From an uncultured Candidatus Saccharibacteria bacterium (GTDB taxonomy: Bacteria > Patescibacteriota > Minisyncoccia > Phycocordibacterales > CSBR16-119), in NCBI GenBank assembly GCA_964581035.1, contig CAZOLO010000001.1, forward strand, positions 7,190 through 71,189: a stretch of 64,000 nucleotides of DNA, read 5' to 3'. The position numbers and the translations under genes were made by a program. Of the stretch, positions 57,318-64,000 are shown one piece after another (positions within the stretch are counted from its first letter, which is position 1; each line of letters starts with the position of its first letter). Under the pieces are notes generated by a model, which saw only the letters and a list, made by a program, of their open reading frames with translations, searched no databases and was not told the DNA's origin.

Positions 57318-57977
57318 ATGATAGGAATAGGAATTGTTTGTATTTTAGTCATTACAGGACTTGTAATGTATGCTCACGCTACTCTAATGTCTGTAATATC
57401 CTCAAATGAAATGTATTTCAATGGAGTCTTATTTTCATATGAAAAGCTCAAAGAGTATCTTGAAGGTAAAGCCGCATCTTTTGACAATCAAGAAGTGAAT
57501 GACCACTTTTTTCAAAGAATGATTGCTCTGTCCAAACATAGAGATTTGGTTGAAAAAATGGACAAAGAGTTGGAAAGGCAAGTTCTTTTCATGGATGATA
57601 ATTCTTTAGGTATTGGATTTTCTGATGGGGCATTCAATGCATACTTGAATAACTCGACTTATCATATAAATTATATGACCGAGACATATAAGATGAGGTA
57701 CGCTTTGATAAATCACAAATTTGATTATCTAAAGGATCTTGTTCAGCACTTTGTTTTAGAGAGGGGTCTAACGGTAGATCTTGCTAGATTAAAAGACTCT
57801 TTGATTTACAACCTACAACAATTTTTTCTTGATAAAGAGAATATTGAAGTGCTTAAAATTTCCCCTGATCAAAACCTTTGTTTGAATGAAATCTTTGAGG
57901 TTTTAAAACTCTTAGGTGAAGAGGATTTGTCAAAGCAATTCATAGAAAAAACAAAAGCCGAGCAGTTTGCAAGGTGA
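57318..57977 (+). CDS. hypothetical protein with N-terminal TM
   Basis: TTGACC-N17-TAATCT promoter (57271-57299) and own terminator. Confidence 0.65.
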   Translation: MIGIGIVCILVITGLVMYAHATLMSVISSNEMYFNGVLFSYEKLKEYLEGKAASFDNQEVNDHFFQRMIALSKHRDLVEKMDKELERQVLFMDDNSLGIGFSDGAFNAYLNNSTYHINYMTETYKMRYALINHKFDYLKDLVQHFVLERGLTVDLARLKDSLIYNLQQFFLDKENIEVLKISPDQNLCLNEIFEVLKLLGEEDLSKQFIEKTKAEQFAR

Positions 57978-58026
57978 GACCCGAAAGGGTCTTTTTTAAT
58001 TCCTTAAATTTTGTATAGTTAGTTGT

Positions 58027-58821
58027 ATGAAATATTTTGACATCCATTCACACTTGAATTTAGAACAGTTCCACGATGATTATCGTGAGGTTATTTCTTT
58101 ACTTGAAGAAAAAGAAGTTGGAACAATAACTGTCGGGGTAGATGAAGGTAGTTCGGCTAGGGCAGTAGAACTTTCTTCTATGTCAGAAAATCTTTATGCC
58201 GCTGTGGGGCTTCATCCAACAGAGACAGACAGAGAGTCTTTTAATTCTGAGTTTTACGAGAAATTGATAACCAATCCAAAGGTGGTTTGTGTAGGGGAGT
58301 GTGGACTAGATTACTTCCGAATGAGTGAGTCAGATATAGGGGTAAAAGACCGACAGAAAGCTCAATTTCGAGCTCAGATTGAGTTTGCTATAAAGTATGA
58401 CAAACCGCTTATGCTTCACATTAGACCTTCTAAAAACTCATTTGACGCCTATGAGGACGTGCTTGAAATACTGTTAGAATATAAGGCTGAAGCCGGGAAA
58501 AAATTGCGTGGAGATGCCCACTTTTTCGCGGGAAATCTGGATATTGCCCGTAAATTCATTGACTTGGGGTTCTATATATCCCTTACAGGGGTAATCACCT
58601 TTACTCATGATTATGATGAGGTGGTTAGGGGTATACCAATAGATAAGATGCTTTCTGAGACAGATGCTCCATATGTCGCCCCCGTGCCATACAGAGGGAA
58701 AAGAGCTGAGCCTTGGTATGTGATCTCTGTGGTTGAGAAACTGGCAGAGCTTCGAGAAATTCCACTTGAAGAGATGAAAATACAACTTCTCAAAAACACA
58801 AAAAGTCTTTTTAATATATAA
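58027..58821 (+). CDS. tatD: TatD-family nuclease
   Basis: DIHSH, GLHP, GECGLDY, LHIR, HFF, ETDAPY. Confidence 0.94.
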   Translation: MKYFDIHSHLNLEQFHDDYREVISLLEEKEVGTITVGVDEGSSARAVELSSMSENLYAAVGLHPTETDRESFNSEFYEKLITNPKVVCVGECGLDYFRMSESDIGVKDRQKAQFRAQIEFAIKYDKPLMLHIRPSKNSFDAYEDVLEILLEYKAEAGKKLRGDAHFFAGNLDIARKFIDLGFYISLTGVITFTHDYDEVVRGIPIDKMLSETDAPYVAPVPYRGKRAEPWYVISVVEKLAELREIPLEEMKIQLLKNTKSLFNI

Positions 58822-58850
58822 AAACCGCCCCAGATTTTGGGGCGGCATAA

Positions 58851-59393
58851 CTATTTTTTTGTCTTCTTTCTCCTATTAATGAAAGGTCTAGTTTTTGAAT
58901 GTAGATATTTTTTCTTTAATCCATACCTTACACCATAACCATGGCCATTATCATCTTCTTTTGTTAAATAACCTTCATGAAGCCATCTATGAATGGCTGT
59001 ATGAACACTATCAATGGATGCATTTTTGCCAGTTCTTTCTTGTATGTTCATGGCAATATCTCCTTCACTAATGCATCTAATAGATAAATCAAGAGAAGCT
59101 TCCTGTAATATTTTAAAGATCAAGTCTGAGAGTTCCCCTTTTGAGAATAGCTCTAGCATGGGGATTTCTTTATCCGCTATTTCATAAATAGCCTTTCTTT
59201 TTGTTTTGGATACGTTTTTAAGATATCCGTCCTTACTTCTTCTCATGAGAAAGGTTGCCACGGTACCCACCTTTAGATTTAGAGCTAGTGCTACCTCTGA
59301 AGAGGTTATAGTTTCTCCTTCTTCTTTTTCATTAACCCATTCGGTGATTCGTTTGTAAAAATCATTCTTGAGCCTAGGCCCCTTGTTGTTCAT
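58851..59393 (-). CDS. hypothetical protein, probably tandem winged-helix DNA-binding domains
   Basis: Two units: TSSEVALAL...FLMRRSKDGYL and SEGDIA...AIHRWLHEGYL, each followed by a beta wing with Tyr. Confidence 0.6.
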   Translation of the reverse strand: MNNKGPRLKNDFYKRITEWVNEKEEGETITSSEVALALNLKVGTVATFLMRRSKDGYLKNVSKTKRKAIYEIADKEIPMLELFSKGELSDLIFKILQEASLDLSIRCISEGDIAMNIQERTGKNASIDSVHTAIHRWLHEGYLTKEDDNGHGYGVRYGLKKKYLHSKTRPFINRRKKTKK

Positions 59394-59508
59394 AGTTAAG
59401 ATTTTATGTATACGAGTTTTTGACAGATTACCATGTTATTAAATAGGTGTCAAGTAATATGCTGCTACAAAAAGATTAAATAGAAACCGAGATGCATCAT
59501 TATTGTTT

Positions 59509-59537
59509 TTGACATATAGTCCAATTCCTGCTAATAT
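59509..59537 (+). promoter_or_regulatory. rpsF promoter
   Basis: TTGACA-N17-TAATAT with TG extension. Confidence 0.75.
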
Positions 59538-59543
59538 CCTTTT

Positions 59544-59615
59544 TGTCTGTTCGATGCGCACTGATAGCGTATCGCTTAGGTTCGAGACAGACATAGCCTT
59601 TAAATAAAGGCTTTT
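59544..59615 (+). promoter_or_regulatory. structured 5' leader of rpsF
   Basis: TGTCTGT/ACAGACA outer stem, CGATGCGC/GCGTATCG inner stem, then AGCCTTTA/TAAAGGCT hairpin plus T-run. Confidence 0.55.
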
Positions 59616-59640
59616 ATAAAATAAATTTAGAATTATAAAA

Positions 59641-60165
59641 ATGATTTACGAAACAACATTCTTGTTTCTTCCAACTCTTTCAAGTGAAGACTTGGCGGTA
59701 CAAGTAGGGAAACTAAAGGAAATAATCACTTCAAATGGTGGTGAAATTATCTCAGATGAGTATCCTCAGATGGTTAGCCTTGCCTATACACTGCGACATA
59801 GACTTGAAAACAAGTATACAAACTATGACACAGCAAACCTTGGTTGGGTTAAATATAACCTAGACCCAGAAGCAGCTCCAAAAGTTAAAAAGCAGGCTGA
59901 TCTTATTAAGTCTCTACTTAGATACTTAACATTGAAGACTGTCTCTGAAAATACAATGATCTCAAAAAATGTTTTTGCAATGTTGCAAGGAAAAGAGATT
60001 TTTGCTGCAGCTCCAAAGGAGTATAAGAAACCAGTAGCTCCTGTTGTAGAAGAAGGGGAAATGGTTAAAGAAGAAGTTGATGAAGAGCTAGATAAGATGT
60101 TAGATGACTCTGAAGAAGTAGCTGAAGATGAGGCTAAAGAAACTAAAGAGGAATCAGGATCTTAA
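59641..60165 (+). CDS. rpsF: 30S ribosomal protein S6 with acidic C-terminal extension
   Basis: IYETTFL, LAYTL, LLRYL; rpsF-ssb-rpsR synteny. Confidence 0.9.
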   Translation: MIYETTFLFLPTLSSEDLAVQVGKLKEIITSNGGEIISDEYPQMVSLAYTLRHRLENKYTNYDTANLGWVKYNLDPEAAPKVKKQADLIKSLLRYLTLKTVSENTMISKNVFAMLQGKEIFAAAPKEYKKPVAPVVEEGEMVKEEVDEELDKMLDDSEEVAEDEAKETKEESGS

Positions 60166-60221
60166 GCAGGTTTAAGGTATAATAAAGTTATACAAATTAT
60201 TAATTAAATCTTAAACAAATT

Positions 60222-60668
60222 ATGTATCTAAACAAAGCTATAATTATTGGAAACCTTACACGGGATCCAGAACTAAAAGCACTCCCTTCAGGAATAAAAG
60301 TTGCTTCATTTAGTCTAGCGACTAATAGAACATGGAAAGGAGCTGATGGCCAAAAGAAAGAAGAGGTCCAGTTCCACAACATAGTGGTCTTCGGAAGACA
60401 AGCTGAGACAGTTTCTCAGTATATGAAAAAAGGAAGCTCTTTACTTGTAGAAGGTAGAATGCAAACTCGAAGCTGGGATGGTCAAGATGGTAAGAAAAAT
60501 TACCGAACAGAGATCGTTGCTGACAGAGTTCAGTTTGGAGCTAGAGCAGAAGGGGGTTCTGCAGGATCAAGCTCTTCTTCATCATCTACAAAAGAAGAAC
60601 CACAACAGGAGGCGCCAGAGATAGATTATCCTGATGTAGATATCAACCCAGACGACATTCCATTTTAA
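60222..60668 (+). CDS. ssb: single-stranded DNA-binding protein
   Basis: LNKAIIIGNLTRDPE, VEGRMQTRSW, DDIPF tail. Confidence 0.97.
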   Translation: MYLNKAIIIGNLTRDPELKALPSGIKVASFSLATNRTWKGADGQKKEEVQFHNIVVFGRQAETVSQYMKKGSSLLVEGRMQTRSWDGQDGKKNYRTEIVADRVQFGARAEGGSAGSSSSSSSTKEEPQQEAPEIDYPDVDINPDDIPF

Positions 60669-60721
60669 TCTATTGATTGAAATAGAAGGAGATAAAATAA
60701 ACATTAACTAAAACTATTATT

Positions 60722-60922
60722 ATGAAACAAGATTACTTTACACAAAACAATATCAAGCATATCGACTTTCGAGATATTGATATTCTAGGTAAATTCATCA
60801 ACCCAAGTGGTAGAATTCAATCACGACGGCGAACAGGATTGACCGCAAAAAACCAAAGAAGGGTAGCGGAAGCTATCAAACATGCACGATTTATGTCACT
60901 TATGGCATACGTCGCTGAATAA
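60722..60922 (+). CDS. rpsR: 30S ribosomal protein S18 (Cys-free form)
   Basis: IDFRD, GRIQSRRRTG, QRRVAEAIKHAR. Confidence 0.94.
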   Translation: MKQDYFTQNNIKHIDFRDIDILGKFINPSGRIQSRRRTGLTAKNQRRVAEAIKHARFMSLMAYVAE

Positions 60923-60923
60923 C

Positions 60924-60950
60924 AAAAAAACCACCGAAAGGTGGTTTTTT
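60924..60950. terminator. bidirectional terminator between rpsR and efp
   Basis: A-run, CCACC-GAAA-GGTGG, T-run. Confidence 0.8.
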
Positions 60951-60959
60951 GTTTGTATA

Positions 60960-61538
60960 TTATTTTGCTCTTTCCAGGTACTCTCCTTTACTTGTATTTA
61001 CAAGGATATTTTCTCCAGCTTCTATGAAAAGAGGAACTGTTAGCTTTGTGCCATTTTCAAGTGTGACCAATTTATCACCTCCCGTAGCTGTATTTCCTTT
61101 AATAGATGGAGGGGCTTCTTTAACAATGAACTCCATTTTCATGGGAAGTTCTACTCCAATTACTTTTTCTTCATCGTTGTATTCAAATATCAGTAGTTCA
61201 GCAGGGAAGTTTGCCTTTAGGAATTTAATTGTGTCATCTCCGATCTCTTTTGCTGTGAGTGTAAATCTGGCGCTTTTGTCGCCATCTTCGTGGAACCAGT
61301 ATTCTCCTTTTGCTTCATATAGGAAAATAACCTTCTTCTTTGAAAGATCAGCTTCCTCAGCTTTGTCAGAAACATGGAAAGAGTGCTCTATGGCTTTTCC
61401 TGTATTAAGATTCTTTAGTTTAGTCTGGTTTACTGGCTTTCTTTGTTGTTTCCTGAAGACATGAGAAGAGATAACCTCGCATGGTTCATCGTTAAATATT
61501 ATAATCTTTCTCTCTTTAATTTCATTGTAATTTAACAT
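60960..61538 (-). CDS. efp: elongation factor P
   Basis: KLKNL, FLY, KGNTATGG, LENG, VPLFI, NTSKGEY. Confidence 0.9.
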   Translation of the reverse strand: MLNYNEIKERKIIIFNDEPCEVISSHVFRKQQRKPVNQTKLKNLNTGKAIEHSFHVSDKAEEADLSKKKVIFLYEAKGEYWFHEDGDKSARFTLTAKEIGDDTIKFLKANFPAELLIFEYNDEEKVIGVELPMKMEFIVKEAPPSIKGNTATGGDKLVTLENGTKLTVPLFIEAGENILVNTSKGEYLERAK

Positions 61539-61634
61539 AATGGGCCTATTATAATCAAAATATATAAAGTATCAATAGGGGGTCATGGTTTGCTATCCAT
61601 GTAATAAAAAACTCACAGTATTGTGAGTTTTTTA

Positions 61635-62483
61635 TTATGCAGCTTCGCTTTTGTCACTTTTATCATCTTCTGAGAATAATTCTTTTAGTTTCCCAAAAAA
61701 ACCTTTTCGAGGCTCTGCTATATTTCGTGCTGCACGGTAAGCTTCTTTCTTCTTCTGTAGTTTGTAGTTTTTGTGCACAGAGTTTCTCTTGCTGAAATCT
61801 CGCTTTTCCCAATGATCAATCATCTCTCCACTACTTAAATGTCCTTTCATACTTTTATTGAAAGCCTGAGGATTATCTTCAGGATACAGTCTTTGGAGGG
61901 TTTCGTTTTTTCTCTCATCAGCTTTTATGCTGCCAAGATCAGACATCTCTCTTTCAGAGATCTTTCTACCGTACCTTTCGAGGTCTTCTATCTCTTGTTT
62001 CTTTGCAAGGATGGCAGCCTGATTATGATACTCTTCATCCTCAAGGTCTCTTCCAAGCTCATGAGTTTCTCCAAAAGATTCATATTCGTCACTTTGGTCC
62101 GACACCTCTTCTATCGGCACGTAGTTTCTCAAGGGGTCATTTTTGTCAACAAAATCCTCATCATCAATTTCATCTTGGCTTCGGAAGTCTAAAGGCTGGC
62201 TGTAGTCACCAGATCTTTCTGTTCCTGTAATCAAGGGGTCCCCAGCTTTTGATGGATGCGTTTTGTATCTTTCTGAAAGGTCAATAGGTTGCCCAGTTCC
62301 TTTTTTGGCAAGTTCTTCGGCTTCCTTTTCAAAATCAGTCCTCCTGTCGTTAGTCCAATTGCCATACATGGACTTATGTTCCTTAACAAGTCCTTTTTTC
62401 TTAATTAATTCAGCGTATTCTTCTGACCCTCGAGTTGGCATTTTTCCGTCTGGGTAATTGGGTTTGTGTTCAAATTTTTCCAT
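61635..62483 (-). CDS. charged low-complexity hypothetical protein
   Basis: 282-aa Glu/Asp/Lys-rich ORF 5 nt downstream of recA; KGFFGKLKELF amphipathic helix near the C-terminus. Confidence 0.65.
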   Translation of the reverse strand: MEKFEHKPNYPDGKMPTRGSEEYAELIKKKGLVKEHKSMYGNWTNDRRTDFEKEAEELAKKGTGQPIDLSERYKTHPSKAGDPLITGTERSGDYSQPLDFRSQDEIDDEDFVDKNDPLRNYVPIEEVSDQSDEYESFGETHELGRDLEDEEYHNQAAILAKKQEIEDLERYGRKISEREMSDLGSIKADERKNETLQRLYPEDNPQAFNKSMKGHLSSGEMIDHWEKRDFSKRNSVHKNYKLQKKKEAYRAARNIAEPRKGFFGKLKELFSEDDKSDKSEAA

Positions 62484-62488
62484 AGTAT

Positions 62489-63589
62489 TTATTGATTTAA
62501 TTCATCCTTCAATCCTTTCTGTACATCCTTTAGTAGGGAAGCAAGGATTTTTTTATTCTCCTTATCTTCAAGTACTTTTCGAGTTGCGTCATATCCTCGA
62601 GCAAGTTTTATCTCATCACTTCCATCTAGCGGTAGGTAGCTGTATGAAGCTCCAGCCTTCTTAATGATCTTCATTTTCTCGCCTAGAGCAAGCAGTTCTC
62701 CTGAGCGTGAGATTCCTTCGTTGTAGATAATATCAAACTCTGTCTTTTTGAATGGGGAAGCTACTTTGTTTTTTACAACCTTAACTCTAGTTCGGGCCCC
62801 AACTACATCTTCTCCTTTTTTAATCTGAGCAATTCTTCGGATATCAAGACGTACTGATGTGTAGAACTTTAGAGCTTTTCCTCCTGGGGTAGTTTCTGGT
62901 GATCCAAACATAACTCCAATTTTCATTCTAATTTGGTTGATGAAGATAACCATTGTCTTACTCTTAGCTGTTAGAGCAGTAAGCTTTCGAAGAGCTTGTG
63001 ACATAAGTCTAGCTTGCTTACCAACATGGTGAGCACCCATATCTCCTTCAATTTCGTCTTTTGGTGTTAGGGCGGCTACAGAGTCCACTACAATAACGTC
63101 GATCTTTCCAGATCGAACCAGACTCTCTGTGATCTCCAGAGCTTGCTCTCCTGTGTCAGGTTGAGATATAAGTAGGTTTTCGATGTCTACTCCAAGCTTT
63201 TTAGAGTAGTCTGGGTCCATACCATGCTCAGCATCAATAAAAGCACAAACTCCTCCCATTTTTTGAGCTTCAGCAATTACATGCAGGGTAAGAGTCGTCT
63301 TACCAGAAGACTCTGGTCCATATATTTCTATAATTCTACCTTTAGGTAGCCCACCTATTCCAAGTGCATGATCAAGACCTAGTGATCCCGTTGGTATAGC
63401 TCCAATATCCACCTTTGGAGTGCTTCCAAGCTTCATTATTGAACCTTCTCCAAACTTTGTCTGGATAGATCGAATTGTATCTTGAATGTCAGAATTATTG
63501 ATTCCTGATGTGTCTTTTACAACCTCATCGCCTGAAGTTTTTTTAGTTTCTTTTTTCGCTGCTTTTTTTGTTGTTTTTTTCGCTGCCAT
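62489..63589 (-). CDS. recA: recombinase A
   Basis: [56 protein letters not shown]. Confidence 0.98.
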   Translation of the reverse strand: MAAKKTTKKAAKKETKKTSGDEVVKDTSGINNSDIQDTIRSIQTKFGEGSIMKLGSTPKVDIGAIPTGSLGLDHALGIGGLPKGRIIEIYGPESSGKTTLTLHVIAEAQKMGGVCAFIDAEHGMDPDYSKKLGVDIENLLISQPDTGEQALEITESLVRSGKIDVIVVDSVAALTPKDEIEGDMGAHHVGKQARLMSQALRKLTALTAKSKTMVIFINQIRMKIGVMFGSPETTPGGKALKFYTSVRLDIRRIAQIKKGEDVVGARTRVKVVKNKVASPFKKTEFDIIYNEGISRSGELLALGEKMKIIKKAGASYSYLPLDGSDEIKLARGYDATRKVLEDKENKKILASLLKDVQKGLKDELNQ

Positions 63590-63596
63590 AGTATTT

Positions 63597-63986
63597 TTAG
63601 TTATTTGATAATTTATTTACTCCGTTAATTCTTAATGTTTCTCTTGATACATTTTTAAACTTATCTTCTGCCTCAATATTTATTTCATTGTAACCTATGT
63701 GAATCGGGATAGGGTAGGAGAACGATCCATCTTCTCCTACAAATGTATTGTTACCATTTACGGACAGCTTTATAGCTTTAGGTGCGATCCCTTCTATATA
63801 TGTTATTGAATTCAGAAGAGAGGCACCTTCTCTGGGAGAGAGTATCGTAAGGGTAACACCACTCCAGAGGCCTCTTGTTTTACTAAAAGTAAAAATACCA
63901 AGAAAGGTAAAAAAGATTATAAGCCCCATATACATAGAGATCTTTTTGTAATCAAAGTGAATTGTCCTACTCCTCATCCTCATCAT
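63597..63986 (-). CDS. single-TM protein with Ig-like domain
   Basis: TM then [25 protein letters not shown]; start uncertain. Confidence 0.7.
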   Translation of the reverse strand: MMRMRSRTIHFDYKKISMYMGLIIFFTFLGIFTFSKTRGLWSGVTLTILSPREGASLLNSITYIEGIAPKAIKLSVNGNNTFVGEDGSFSYPIPIHIGYNEINIEAEDKFKNVSRETLRINGVNKLSNN

Positions 63987-64000
63987 AGTCTTGATTGTCG

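Noticed and set aside
1051-63951. Numerous short antisense or nested ORFs in the six-frame track (e.g. 6894-7379, 34507-34908, 41438-41860, 60949-61464)
   Set aside because: They lie within well-supported genes and have no motifs; treated as shadow ORFs
1-64000. Alternative genetic code (TGA=Gly, as in Gracilibacteria/Absconditabacteria)
   Set aside because: TGA ends genes at 351, 4540, 40263 and 57977, and conserved genes are full length under code 11
1-64000. Prophage, transposase, integrase or rRNA genes
   Set aside because: No structural phage, DDE/HUH transposase, recombinase or rRNA signatures recognised

Overview
AT-rich, gene-dense bacterial chromosome segment using the standard code (TGA is a stop). 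It most likely comes from a Parcubacteria/Patescibacteria (CPR) genome. That is inferred from the gene repertoire: secE-nusG-rplK with no rplA, a pilMNO-pilB-pilC-minor pilin cluster, IleRS with a histidine-phosphatase insert, EF-P with an RKQQRK loop, and many orphan ORFs. Most of the window is housekeeping: type IV pilus, MacAB-like ABC exporter, folA/thyA/glyA/dut cluster, argS, ileS, glyQS, metG, recO, tatD, rpsF-ssb-rpsR, efp and recA. The most unusual region is the first ~7 kb. tRNA-His (419-494) is followed by unrelated 1-2.5 kb gene cassettes, separated by a conserved ~75-110 bp composite repeat that starts in the tRNA 3' end. Four copies share an identical 30-bp core and a fifth is degenerate. 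This looks like an integron-like, tRNA-anchored cassette array, with no integrase in the window. The tRNA-proximal cassette encodes RohP/RohR/RohQ-like enzymes (arginine to 2-aminoimidazole, the first part of the azomycin pathway), which is unexpected in a CPR organism. Other notable signals are a T-box riboswitch with an ultrashort stem I and a terminator before ileS, tandem stand-alone DnaA-domain-IV-like proteins, many -10 boxes 6-7 nt before ATG (probable leaderless mRNAs), and a structured rpsF leader. All family calls are by visual motif recognition; no database searches were run.
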